A DNA stretch of 63,019 bases, counting the filler, from Lenisia limosa (Eukaryota > Protista > Breviatea): NCBI GenBank assembly GCA_001655205.1. It is 12 parts of 12 records of this genome, joined end to end, with 100 filler letters (N's around TTAATTAATTAA, not from the genome) between each part and the next. Parts side by side here need not be neighbours in the genome. Positions count along the whole stretch, not along the records: positions 50,435 to 54,998 come from LPNZ01009946.1; positions 55,099 to 61,810 come from LPNZ01006154.1; positions 61,911 to 63,019 come from LPNZ01003960.1; 9 more parts are not named here. The stretch is one strand, 5' to 3'. Shown here in pieces: positions 50,435-63,019 of the stretch. A program made the translations under genes and the position numbers. How positions within the stretch are numbered: position 1 is the stretch's first letter; each line of letters begins with the position of its first letter. Below the pieces are notes generated by a model that saw only the letters and a list, made by a program, of their open reading frames with translations, made no database searches and was not told the origin of the DNA.

Positions 50435-52545
50435 GTGACACCGACGACTGGACCCACTGGCGAAGTATTGGTGGAGCTTTCAGTCACTGACAGACCAAAT
50501 GTGGCAAGTAGCCCCGTACCTTATGTGTGTGGGAAGAGTGCAGATTTACCCTCCTTACTACTTTCCTCAGATACTTCTTTCGTCTGTTTCTGTGATACTT
50601 TTCTGACCATTTAGTCCGCTCATTCAGAACTCAAAAGCCAGGTTGAGACTGTGAGATGGGGGGGGGGGGTGTCACAGCACTTTTCTTGTCAAAATNNNNN
50701 NNNNNNNNNNNNNNNNNNNNNNNNNNNNNNNNNNNNNNNNNNNNNNNNNNNNNNNNNNNNNNNNNNNNNNNNNNNNNNNNNNNNNNNNNNNNNNNNNTTT
50801 ACTGATCCGGACAAATCCCTCTTTCTGGGATTGAGCTGAATAATCGCTGAGCAAACTGAAATTGAAACAATAGTATTACAATAGCAGAGATTTTTTATCA
50901 TGTCAAAACTTCATAACGTGAACTGTGCACTAATACAGGACAGGTACTCTGTCACTCCAGACCAACATTTCCCCATTATTCAGTCTCATGCTCATCGTAT
51001 GACTCGGTTACCGGGTTCCAAGACTGTATAGCAGTCCCCGAACCAGGATATGCCAGTCGGAGTATGGTTTGAGGGGTTTACCTTCTTGCGAATTGCGTCG
51101 TTCTTTCTTATCTAAATCATTGATTGCACAGGAGCTTTTGGTGTGTTCAGGAACACCGTTCTCTGTTTGGCAAGATCCTGAAGAAGCATTTAAAGGTATA
51201 TATTACTTAATTCTAATAATATTGCCTTAAAAAATAATATGGGTAATATAATAATGTCATATCACATGACATCAGCGGTGTGAAGTGCCAAAAATTTATT
51301 CACGCATCTAGCCACATCATGTGCTGATTTGCCTGCCAATACCACAGGGACCTATTGGTTTACTAACATTGACGGTATGCTGGTGTTTACCAAAAGACCA
51401 ACCAAACCTATATATTTTTTGAAAGTTTATGAACTCACACGGTCTTTCCGGGATCGTTTATTAACGCTAGTTATGCATAATCTCCTTTATAAACACCTCT
51501 TGATGGTGGTTGTGACTTTGCCAGGTTCTGTGATAACATTTCTACTACATATCTGAACTTTGAGGAAAAAAGGTGGACAATGTTGATATCCTTCTTTTCT
51601 TCTACGCGGATCTTTTTTGTAATCACCTAGGGGAATCTTATGAACTCGAATGTTTCACTCACGAGACCTATGGAGGTATGTTACTCTTACTCTCTATTTG
51701 CATTCAATTGAACTTGAGTATCAAATGACGTAATCTACATTTATTGTACAATTTTATATGAAATAATGTATGTATAATATTGACATATCATATATTCAAT
51801 TAATTATAATATACTAATTATATACATCATATCATATATTCAATTAATTATAATATACTAATTATATACATCATATCATATCTATATGTATATACTAGTA
51901 TATATGTATCTATATGGATATACTATGTGATACGATAGTAATATACATGTAGTATATCATACTATATATCGACAGTACGTCGGTTTTATACTATATATAT
52001 ATATATATCATATGTCATCTACCAGAAACGATAGATATGTACACTTGTGAGCAGTGTTGCACTTGACCCATCATGGAATGGAATTAAGCATTTTACAAAG
52101 GTTGATTCAAACAGGATCCGTTTATCGTACTTTCAATGAACATAAATCCAAAAAAACCTGTTCAACTTTCAATTTCTCCACTTTGCATTGATGTTTTGTT
52201 GTTGCTGTGGGGACTGTTTTTAGCCAACCATCCCCAGTGGCCTAAATATTTCAGCGAACTGGAGCCGATTTACACCTCCAACAATGAGCAGACGAGTCAG
52301 CCCAAATTGCCACGACATTACCTATGTTGATTGTATGGTGCATCAAACGGGCTGTATTTTATCGTTATTATAATTTGCACTATTATTTTCAATTACATTA
52401 CCAATATTTTTGTTTTTGCAATTTTCATAAAATTTGGTTTCCCCTGTTTTATTGTTCATTTTACTTTTGTTTCAGATACGTTAGGCTATATTTGCTATTT
52501 GGCTGATACTCCCCCCACCACGCACTGTGGCTGTGGTATAGATCT
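50435..52545 (+). CDS. Multi-exon Cys-containing protein with a degenerate fibrinogen-like N-terminal motif
   Basis: Exons ATSCADLPANTTGTYWFTNIDG (~51311-51375) and GESYELECFTHETYG (~51631-51675) resemble SCxD..GxYW..VYCD..GG; downstream exon phases unresolved. Confidence 0.35.
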
Positions 52546-53986
52546 GCCTTTTAGAGTTTCAATGAGAGGTGTGCTAAGTATTGATTCTAAAAGATTTGGT
52601 CTGGATTTGGACAACTGTTTCTAAGGTTCAAACCAGAAACGCAGAAACGTTTTTTTATGTAGAATATTTGATAAATAGCTACATTATTAGATGATATAAT
52701 ATGTGCGTACATGTACATATCTTATACTCTTCACTCGTTTATGATGCTTAACTGCATCCTCATCTATTGGGTTTCATTGCTCCGTCTTATTTCTTTTATT
52801 TGTGTTCTGACGTCTTCTATCACTTTTACACTTTAGAAATTTACATGGAATATTCGGTCAGTGATCTGAGTAGGTGGGTTCATTTTTCGTTTAAAAAACC
52901 AATAAACATAGGCTCGAGTTGTGAGACAACTAATTGTTGAATTTATCTTACTATAACCAATATCAGGCTAATTCAATATCATATGTGAGGTTTCTGATGA
53001 TATCCAATATCGTATATGAGGTTTCTGATGATATCCTTGATATTTTTTTTTTGTTTATTATTCGTTTGGGATGTATTCTATTTTTAATGCTATTCTCATT
53101 GTATATCGTCATCTTTTGTCTATCATGCTTCTCAACATTTTGTCGTCATAATAAAGCCTCTCTTTTAAGGATTGCTTTTTTATGCAACTTAGCATCAACA
53201 TCGATCCCTGGAGTTCTCATGGCCTTGACAACCCTCCCCAACACAAACTCTGCCTTGCACTACCATTATGATGTATGAACACAACAACAGTTAACGAACT
53301 CCTGAATAATCCTCTGAATTTTTTTTTAAGACTTTTACTTTATAAAAAAGACCGTTTTGTTGGCCTCTATAAATAACCACATTATGGGTCCAAAAACTCT
53401 TCTTGAGAACTGAAAAAAGCTGGAATAGTAATGGTTAATGGTTTGGAGATTTCCCTTTTGCGTACGGTTTATTATTAGTATACATCACAGTTTATTTTAC
53501 TAGGACCACACTCCGACATGCCACGGTAGCTGTGGAGTTATTGCGCAGAATTCAGTGTCAGTCAATGAGCTCTACCATCAAGTGAGTTGTTTGCCTTATG
53601 TTGGAAAATTATTGTCAAATTTTCAAGCACTCCCTTTTATATTCAATCCTGCCTCCCTTGGCTCAATCCTACTCCTCTTACTCATAATTAGACCCTGACT
53701 GAGCCGCAATGGGGCTATGTTCACTTTGGCATGCGAGACTACATATCGTTCCAAAACAAGGGTGAGGCAAAACTCTTTTTCAAGTAGCAATATGTTTCTC
53801 GTGTATTTATATTATTCAAATATGTGTTGTAAATATGAGTTTACCGAAAATGAGCAATGGATTTGAGAACGGCTGAGTAATTTCGTAAAGGTTGCCTCAG
53901 TAATCCAACACCACAAAAATAATAAAAGCACATATATTTATTTAACCCCCCGACTACACACCCCAGAAAGCCCAAAAAACAAAACA

Positions 53987-54900
53987 CTACTCCTGAAGGT
54001 AGTTAGAGGGGGCCATGCCGGTCTTGCCTGCTACCTTGACCTCCCACCAGTTACTGTCAACCTTCTTAACCAGCTCTAAAGTGTCTCCCTGGGGGGATTA
54101 AAGTGTCTATGAAGGAAGTGGAATCCTTCGGTTGATTCTTTGAAGAAGAGATGGGGGATTGGAGTTTATGACACAAAAAATAATAATAATAATAATAATA
54201 AAAATCCTTGGAGGAGGATTTGGTAAGTGTAAACACTCGAGAGATAGAATAAATGGTGTAGTTATAAAGTAGAACCAAACTGAATAAAGAAAATTAATCT
54301 ATCCAAACCTCATGGAAATTGACCTCATCGGACGCCTGAGCATCATAGTCATAAAGCGCCTTGACCATCTTCTTCATTCCGCCAGGAGCTTCAAAGATTA
54401 GAAATGAGTTTTACTTTAATGTCAAGGTTAGTTTTGGCTTGTTGTTATTGTTACGATGCTATAATGTAATAACGCAATATATACTACCCCGTCACCCCAC
54501 CGGGTCGTCTCATGGGCCCTGAAGAGTTCTTGGTGATTTTGGCTTTCTTGACTGGAGCAATGTATTCAGCTGGCAAGGTGAGCTGATGCATGGAGGTTTG
54601 ACAACATAAGCAAGGAAAAGGCTTGAGGTAGCATCATTTCTATGACAAAGAGCTCGACATTACACGGCACCCACATTGGACAATGCCATCAGAAGATGAC
54701 ACAGTGAAAGTATCTTTTTTGAAAAGAACCTGAATATGTGTGAGACCAAATGACAGGCCCATTAATAACGATGGTTGTCCCTCACCCCCCATCAGAGCAT
54801 CATATTATCCCCCCGAACGGTGCAAGGGTCAGCCAGAGGGTCTTGCACTGCAACCACTGTTTGTTTCTTGTTCTTTGAACCCGCAATGATGTTGATTCTG
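53987..54900 (-). CDS. 3' end of a protein with a C-terminal SH3 domain (class I myosin tail or adaptor)
   Basis: Spliced MVKALYDYDAQASDEVNFHE|GDTLELVKKVDSNWWEVKVAGKTGMAPSNYLQE* (54309-54388 + 53987-54088) has the ALYDY, WW and PxNY motifs. Preceded by basic/Gly-Pro linker; myosin identity unproven. Confidence 0.85.
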
Positions 54901-55098
54901 GGGTGGGGTAAATAAGTGAAACTGATTCATCTAATTGCCAAAAAATTGGAAATGTACATGTCTCCATCAGTTGTGGGGAGGGGGGGAGGTAGTACTGGNN
55001 NNNNNNNNNNNNNNNNNNNNNNNNNNNNNNNNNNNNNNNNNNTTAATTAATTAANNNNNNNNNNNNNNNNNNNNNNNNNNNNNNNNNNNNNNNNNNNN

Positions 55099-58075
55099 TG
55101 GATCGACGAAAGAGACCTGTCCCCCCAAGAAAAGCCACTCACCAAGAAAATCACCTCATCGTCGCGCGCCTGCGCCACCTCCAAGCCAAGTGGCGCGTTG
55201 ACGTCCCAAAGCCCGGTTGCTCCGGAACAGGTTACCCCGGACCGCAGCACTGCCCCGGCCTTTCCTAGTCTTCGGAAGACCCACGTTTCCGTCGGATCAA
55301 AATCTCCCGAGCCGGGTAAAAACCCGCGGCTGGAGGAGTCCCTTTCGGCATCATACAAGTCCGTGCCGGTCAACAATCACAAGATTTTAGCGGCTTCGAT
55401 GAGTCGCAATAATTGCCAGCCTCTGACCCGTGCCGTTATGACTCAGGTCCGCGAGAATAGAAAGGCGCCGCACTTTCATTGGGAGGGCCACGTGGGCTTG
55501 GGATTATCTTGAAATTCTTGATAAATTGATAATTCTTGAAATTCTTGATAGTTTTTATATTTTTCTTGAGAAATATTGTTCCCCTACATAAATGCCACAT
55601 CATTCCCCGAAAGGTGACAATGTGAAAGAAATTTAATATGGTTCCTCACATAAACATTACTATTGATTCAGAATAAACATAACCCAAAAGAAGTTGACAT
55701 GGCTCCTCACTCTCCAGAATATCAAGAACGAGCTTGCAGAATACATAGCCCAAAAGTCAGCGTCTCTCCAAAAGTCGGTTTTTGCATTTTGGAAAACATT
55801 CCATTTAGGACTTTAATTTTTAATTTTGATGTATAATATATACATTATACTCTATGATATGGATATGTTTATCACCCCAATATAGTATTATGTTTATAAT
55901 ATGCGTATTACTCTCATATAGTATCATATATCATTGATATGCATTGAGCAAAAGTTGGATTTATGTGAACAAGAAATATCATCAAAATTTTGGGGAGCAC
56001 TTTGCATTTAGGAAAACCTTCCTTATGGGACTTTGGAGTGTAATTTTGATGGAAGCTTTTATGAGTATCTTTATTGATTAACTGTGTACAACAGAGTTGA
56101 TTTTGGGCTTTTTTTGTTTCATAAATTTTTCAGTTTTACTCCTCCCACCCCCCAATATAACATCTCCAGTCCGGAAGGAGCTGAGTCACCCCGGCGAAAG
56201 CCGTTATCACGTCCCGCCCCNNNNNNNNNNNNNNNNNNNNNNNNNNNNNNNNNNNNNNNNNNNNNNNNNNNNNNNNNNNNNNNNNNNNNCAAAACGCTCG
56301 CGAGCGCGATTTTCGCGCGCAGTTTTGCGTGAGGATATGAAACGAGAGCATCTCAACAGCAGTGAGGACGACGCCGAGGAGTTTGATATAAAGAGGGAGC
56401 GGACCCTCACGAGAAAACGAAAGCAGCGACGAATTAATGAGCCGTCATCGTCATCGCCCATCAACCTTCCGACATTGTACACTGGGACGGAAGATCCTGT
56501 TGGTGATGACCCGTCTCCCACGCCAAGCCCTACAGCGCCGCGTCAAGTTCCTAATTTCCCCGTTGCCAAGCCTCCCCAGTCCACCGTGGTTCCCGGAGAT
56601 GTTTTTCCACTTCGTAGTAGCGAGGATGCTTTACAGACAGCGTTGACCAAGTTATCGGCCCCTTTTGTTAAGCAATCTGTTAATCAAGCTGTTGTTGTGA
56701 AAACTCAAGCTGTGAACAGTGATGCTTCCAAGCTCACTTATATCAATAACCTAATGAAGGAAGTTGCCAATGGAGCCTCTGCCAAACAAACGGATATCAA
56801 TGGTGTGCAAAGACCAACGGTGAGCAGTGATGCTATTCAGCAATCTGTCAATATTACACCTCATGTCTCCCAAACTATGAGGTGTGCTCTTGTGGGCGTT
56901 CCGCCCACTGATGCCAGCACCACACCAGCCGCTCAGCCTGTTTACAGCATTGTCCAGACCTCTATGTCCAACGCTTCAACCGCAAGCGATGGCCTCCTTC
57001 TGAAGATGAAAGAAGACGAGAAGAAGAGGGTCGACGAAGCCATTCGGAGCTACAAGGAGGAGATAAATGAGAAGAAGAAGGCTCGGAGAGCGGAAGAAGA
57101 CAAAGTGAGGAATCTTGAGGAATCACAAGTGGAGGAATCGCAGAGACTCGAGACTCACATGCGATATGAGGAAGAAATGAGACGTAAGATGAATGAGTTG
57201 AAAACTCAGCACAACAAGGCGACTAAGAAGCTTAAAGACTGTTTAAGACTGAAAGAGGAAGAAATGAGGAAAAAGGAGGCTCAAATGCGGTATGAGGAGG
57301 AAATGAGAAAGCAGGAGCAGATAGAGCAGCATAATAAGGCGATAAATAAGTTTGAAGACATTTTGAGACGAAAAGGGGAGGAAGTGAAGAAGAGGGAGGA
57401 AGCGTTGAAGGTGAAGGAGGAGAGCTTTATGAAGGGCAAGATAATGAAAGAGCGATTGGAGGAGGAAATGAAGAGAGAGACGAAGCGAAGAGAAGATGAG
57501 AAAGCTGAGAAGAAGAATGAGGATGAGAAAAGAGACTCTGGAGGATTAGAAGTGCCACTATCTGTCAAGCCAAAATGGGTGCGGGAAACTGCTGAGGTTT
57601 GCTATTAATCAATTATTTACTAGCTTAGGGCGCCCTTGGGGTTTAAGTTTTGTTAGCTATAGTTTTAAATCGTAAATTTTGTCCACAGTATTTTAGGTAA
57701 ATTTAAGGATGAGCACTCAGCTAAGTTTATGAAAATCCCTCTTCAACTCGATAAGCAAGCTCTGATACTGTAACAAGCACTCGATCATAACAATTCTATT
57801 TCGAGGATTGTCAGGGGAAGATTCTTCTCTAATAAATAAAACGTATCTTGTCTTTCGTTTTCAAGCAGAATTTTGCTCGATATGAAGTGACATGATCTCA
57901 GTTATCAATAAATATCACGCAGCAAGCCGAAAAACAGCTCCAAAGAACAATTAAAGCTTTGGATTTTGTGCAAAGGTTGCTGGATAGGTACAAGGTATCA
58001 ATGGAGCAAATTTCATCAAAGCTTGAGCATTGGAGTGCTAAAGAGACGAGAACGGAGCCACAGTTTTGAAGTAGT
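55099..58075 (+). CDS. Ser/Pro-rich, Lys/Glu coiled-coil protein with one very long exon (~56170/56337-57596)
   Basis: Long open frame with basic NLS-like TRKRKQRR and an E/K-rich heptad region, ending at GAG|GTTTGC. Probable last exons QNFARYE|LSINITQQAEKQLQRTIKALDFVQRLLDRYK..PQF*. Joining to the 55.1-55.8 kb exons is inferred. Confidence 0.55.
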
Positions 58076-58454
58076 CTCCTCTGGAGGAGCTTCTTAAAAT
58101 TTGTTAAAATCTGATACATTTTTTTAGCTAAATTTATATTTGGTGCACTTTTTAAAATTTAGCTAAATTTTCGTAAACCCTGAGGGCGCCCTTCCTTATA
58201 TAGCTAAATATAATATCTTATGTGTGTAGTGCTTCCCTACGGTTCGAAAAAGACTGTCAAAATATCGATATTTATCGAGAATTTATCGAGAAATTCGGTC
58301 TTTTGGTACCTAGGGAAGCCCTAATATTATCCATAATTCTCTTTCTTATCTTGGTGAGGTTTGCTGCTAATCAATTACATCGTAAACCACCCCCTTTCCT
58401 CCTTTTCCAATCTCTCATTCCCTATTCGCCTCCCCCCTCCCCCATATTCTTATT

Positions 58455-60157
58455 TCTTCAGAAATTGAACTACCTTCAAAAGTCGTCCCATCAATACAAG
58501 AGTATCTTTTCTGAGAGTTGGAGGAGAGAGGGGAAGAGGTTCTCTCTGTTTAAAAAGTGGAGCAAGTGTAACACAAAGGGCATCCCTACAGTTCGAAAAA
58601 GACCGTGAAAATATCGATGTTTTTCGAGAATTTATCGAGACATCACCACCACCACTATCATCATCACCACCACCACCACCCTCAACATCAATGCCAATCT
58701 AATTCTCTAGACTTGAACCTGCCTCGAATGGTTGCCCTTGATTTGGGTTGGAGGGAATAATCCAATATCAAAAGCGTGACGGTGTGGACGGCTTTGGCCA
58801 TATACCCCTCCCCCTTCTTACATTTGTTTTGTTGTTATCAACCCTCGTGTGTTGTCAGCCAACAGAGCTGATTTTGGGCTTTTTTTGTTTCATAATGATT
58901 CCAATTTTACACCCCCCCCCTCAGGTGATACCATCCCAAACCCCCTATTGCGCTATATAGTACCCGTAATGAACGTCTTCGAGTCTGTCGAGCAAATGAA
59001 GAGGGTGAGGGGGGGTGAGGGTTATAGCATATTTGAGCGACAACCAGCTCGTCATAATCTTTAGCTTACCCTCCTGCTAATTTGTTTTTAACTGTTTAGC
59101 TTTTTAACTTACCTTTTAAGGCAAGTACAGTCCCACTTTACATCTTCGAGTGCCCCGACCTANNNNNNNNNNNNNNNNNNNNNNNNNNNNNNNNNNNNNN
59201 NNNNNNNNNNNNNNNNNNNNNNNNNNNNNNNNNNNNNNNNNNNNNNNNNNNNNNNNNNTTCTTCGACGTTCTGATGTTTACGAGGATAATTCTCTTCAGT
59301 CTCCATATTACTCTCATCAATCAGGTACCATTCTTGATATGTGTTTGGAACTCCGAAAACCCCCCAAATGGTCACTATATGCCTCCGTAAGCACCCCGTG
59401 TTCCTTGAAATAATGTCTCTTTTTGACAATTTTGCTTCTTTTCATTTATTGTTTCGATTGAATTGTTCCTTTTTTCTCCCTTTGCAGCTCTCTGATGAAT
59501 TGTAAGATTGTGTTTATCTTCAACACAGCAGTCTTCAAGTGATACGATATTTGTTTTCAGTACAGCCAAATACATAACCTTACAGAACACTCTTATTGAA
59601 CATTGCTACGTTTCCAAATAAGTAACCTTACAGGACACTCTTGTTGACCATAGCTACGTTTCTAAAGCCAGCGAGTATTTAAAATTTTTTTCTTCGTAAT
59701 TCCACCTGTTTCTATTTCATTTCTATTAAGGTATCCAAGTCCAACATGTAATTCTTATTTGATCATTAGTGAGACATTGGGGGGATAGTGCTCCAATACT
59801 GCTAGGGCGTCACTTCGGCATAATATCAATATTATTAGGATTTATCGAGAAATACAGTCTTTTTTCGAACCGAAGTAAAGTTGTTCTTCATCCATTCTTT
59901 GAAAGAGGTCCCAGCGCCTAGATATGTCAACATCAATCATCCCTGCGTGTACTCTATTCAGGAATAGGGATACTATTAATATATCATATATATATATATA
60001 TAATTGAAAAATAACATAAAAGTTGGTGGGATACAATTAATTTTACAATACAAACTGTCATTTAATAGAGTGTATATCATATGTAGCTTACGTTTCAGGC
60101 AGCTGACATCTCAGGCAGTCTCGGTCGATCGTTTCCTCTTACTATGAAAGAATAATA
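58455..60157 (+). CDS. Multi-exon gene of unknown function
   Basis: Exons EIELPSKVVPSIQEYLSE, GDTIPNPLLRYIVPVMNVFESVEQMKR, ASTVPLYIFECPDL, terminal AADISGSLGRSFPLTMKE*. Confidence 0.35.
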
Positions 60158-60614
60158 AGCTATTATAATGTTATATCAGATCGTACTCTGATGATGTAAT
60201 TTCCCCGCTTGATCGTTCCATTGAGCTTAACTCCCTGAGCAATTCGAAGGCTGTCAATCGGAATTTTTGAAGTTCAAACACTTGGCCAATAGTAGCTAAG
60301 TTGTATATCATCGCATTTTGGATGAATAATCTTTCACTCAAATGGTAATTGTTGTCTCTGTTGAATATGATATCATACATACATATATATGATATGATAC
60401 ATATAATATATGATACTACACATGTAATATATGATTATAGTATATGATAAAAATCTACAACTCAGTGTAATTTTAAAAAAGGGGACATAACAATTCCAAT
60501 TTCCCATGTTTTCCTTATTGGCGAAAGAAATGGACAAAACGAGCTAACAATACATATTACTACTACAATACACATAATACCTGAAAATAGTACAAGAAGG
60601 AAACAAGACCTACC

Positions 60615-61710
60615 ACCCTGCAGTGTGGTGGTGAGAGGGCGGGAAGGCGTCATAAGACTCGGAATACTGAGGACCGTGCGTTGTGTTAGGTCGCTTCGGA
60701 TATGAGGACATCTGTTACGTCACAGAGGATCCATTTTTGAGAACATACCCCCAGAAACCAAGATATTATTAACCCCTTCTCCAAAGAAATCAAATCACTA
60801 ATCATACAAGATTGCATAATTCCACCTCTCCTACATTACTTCAAATCCCCTTTCCCCCTCTTACCATATCAATACTAAAACCATCCCCCATTATCCATTA
60901 TCACATATAATAGTATATATTCCCCACATTATTACCCCCCCCCCCACGTTATTATTTAAAACGGCATAGTTAGGCGGCCTGGGCAGTTGGAGCTGACTCT
61001 GTAGCTGATCGCGCTGCTGCATAAATCGGTCCGCGCGTACACGCCACTCTTGCGCCGATTTCGCGTGCTGCTCAACCTCCAAAGCCAGTTTATGGGCCTA
61101 TTGGGGGGTGGGGGTGAGTTTTATTTAATCATTTGGGAGAGGAGGGTTAATATGCTGTTTACACAGAAAGCTGTTTTCACGGATAGGTTGAATTAATATG
61201 TTTACACTATTATAGATCATATATCCAATATTTCTTCAAGGCTTCGGTCAGATACAACGAGATGGAAAATAAAACAAGTATTATCTGTCTCCTAAAGAGC
61301 AAGATTGGAAACAATCTCAACAGAAAATTTCGATGAATCTTCCTAGTAAAACCAATATCAGTTCAAGTAGCCTCTAATACAGTATTTCCCTTTCTGCTGC
61401 CAATGCACGTCACCCTATATTTCCCATATAATTCCCTACGTCTTGCTTGAGGACAGCGCAGTTACTGCATTCGTGTGAATAGTGACCCTAAATAGTAAAC
61501 AGGAAAATGACGTAAACAAATAAAAGAAGTACCAATCTTCACACTACCTTCCACACCTAACCCATACCTTAACCCCCCCTCTATCACGCCCTATCATCTC
61601 CTCCTTCTCACCATTCCTGTCAGAGAAGCAACGTTTGATATGAGCCTCTTTGCTGAGTGCACACTCGAAGATGCGCAATTCAGCCCGGCTTCTGAGGAGA
61701 GTGGGTTGAT
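60615..61710 (-). CDS. Coiled-coil protein fragment
   Basis: Exons SRAELRIFECALSKEAHIKRCFSDRN and EVEQHAKSAQEWRVRADRFMQQRDQLQSQLQLPRPPNY. Confidence 0.35.
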
Positions 61711-61992
61711 AAACAAAGCGTGTTTGTATATATGATATCATATGTGTAAGTTAGGGGGGGGGGGTAAAATGAAGGAAATTTCGATAAATAACTGGTTGAA
61801 AAGTGCTAATNNNNNNNNNNNNNNNNNNNNNNNNNNNNNNNNNNNNNNNNNNNNTTAATTAATTAANNNNNNNNNNNNNNNNNNNNNNNNNNNNNNNNNN
61901 NNNNNNNNNNATACTACCTTATTTTTTTTTTATTTCTAATTGCTATATGCATATAGTATATCAAGTGTTTCAACTCAAAGATAATTTTCTAG

Positions 61993-63019
61993 GAGCTGAT
62001 GACAAGGCGAGCAAAAAGAAGGAGGGCGTTCCAATGCCGGGTATGTTGAAGTTTGATCCCCAATGCGGTGCAGAAGCACTGCCTTATCTTTATTTTGTTG
62101 TTATTCCCCCTCGTGTGTCTTTAGATATTATGCCGTTTTAAACAATTTCACTTGCAACCCCATATTTCCTTACCCCTGCCAGGAGACAGCCAAGCCACAG
62201 CTGACCACTTCCATAGCGACTCGTTCACATCCGAGCAGAATGACCAGGTTGGACAGCACTTGGCTTGGTTTTGCTATTTATTTATTTGATTTATTATTAA
62301 ATTGCCTGATTCTGTTGATCACTTTTTGATCTTATTGTAGAATGTTTTATCTTTTGTTGTAAAATTACTTGTTACTTAGAACCCCGTTTATTAATTCCAT
62401 TTCAGGAGTTTTTGGCTAATACTCTGCTGAATCTGAGAGGACAAGGCATGAACAACATCCCTCAGAGCACTAAAGGTGGGTTGGTCTTTTGAAGTTGTGA
62501 TTAGGCTAGAGGAGAAACTCTTTGCTTTAAGTCATAAGTGAAGTAGCAAGATATTTCTAATATGCTTATCAGATGTATGCTGCATGAATCATAGATGTTG
62601 GGTTTCAGATAAGACAGCAATTGATGTCACATCCAGATCTGTTTTATCATGTAGTTGTTCTTTTCATATAATATGTAAGATGTCTTGTATGACATACTGC
62701 GGTATTCCTGACCCGAATACAAGCCTTGACTGTTTAGACATGGGCTTCCCTCTCGCTGACAAGTTCAATCGCCAGGTATGGGGGATGGGGGATAAGAATG
62801 AAAATCATCATTGAAAAAACCAAAATAGCACATTTATGAGAGTTTATGGTGGTACTGTCCAATAAATATTTTGATGGAGAAAACAGTAATGAAAATACAG
62901 ATAACATATGATTATCAAGACTCTTTTGCATTTGACCACACCAATGTGACAACGCAGATGACTCCACCGGACTCTGTTGAAAGATACAACAAAGAAGCGG
63001 TTGTGATGGACATGGACTG
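61993..63019 (+). CDS. Multi-exon gene fragment of unknown function
   Basis: Exons GDSQATADHFHSDSFTSEQNDQ, EFLANTLLNLRGQGMNNIPQSTK, DMGFPLADKFNRQ with GT-AG boundaries. Confidence 0.35.

Noticed and set aside
56290-56330. CG-rich palindrome with E2F-like TTTTCGCGC upstream of an ATG
   Set aside because: It lies in an open frame downstream of a probable acceptor (56169), so it is explained by Arg/Ser/Ala codons.

Overview
Fragmented draft assembly of an intron-rich eukaryote (GT-AG introns, small exons; probably a protist, taxon not identifiable from sequence alone). The window is at least 12 separate contigs joined by artificial 100-bp spacers (44 N + TTAATTAATTAA + 44 N), so adjacency across spacers means nothing. 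Many internal N gaps open right after poly-C/poly-G runs. Recognisable genes, reconstructed by hand from exons: a copine (10.5-15.6 kb), a PARP1/2/3-like ADP-ribosyltransferase (38.5-41 kb), two or three members of a fibrinogen-like YCDxxxxGGGW-type family, a calcium-binding-EGF protein, a WD40-like protein and a C-terminal SH3 protein, plus about a dozen unidentified multi-exon genes. Introns are saturated with four short repeat families: an hAT-type MITE (8-bp TSDs), a Tc1/mariner-type MITE (TA TSD), a ~150-bp SINE-like element (12-15-bp TSDs; one insertion duplicated an AG|GT splice junction), and a C-tailed repeat found only in the sense orientation of its host gene and often running into the 3' splice site. 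The last two are the most interesting signals. All gene models, counts and alignments were done by eye.
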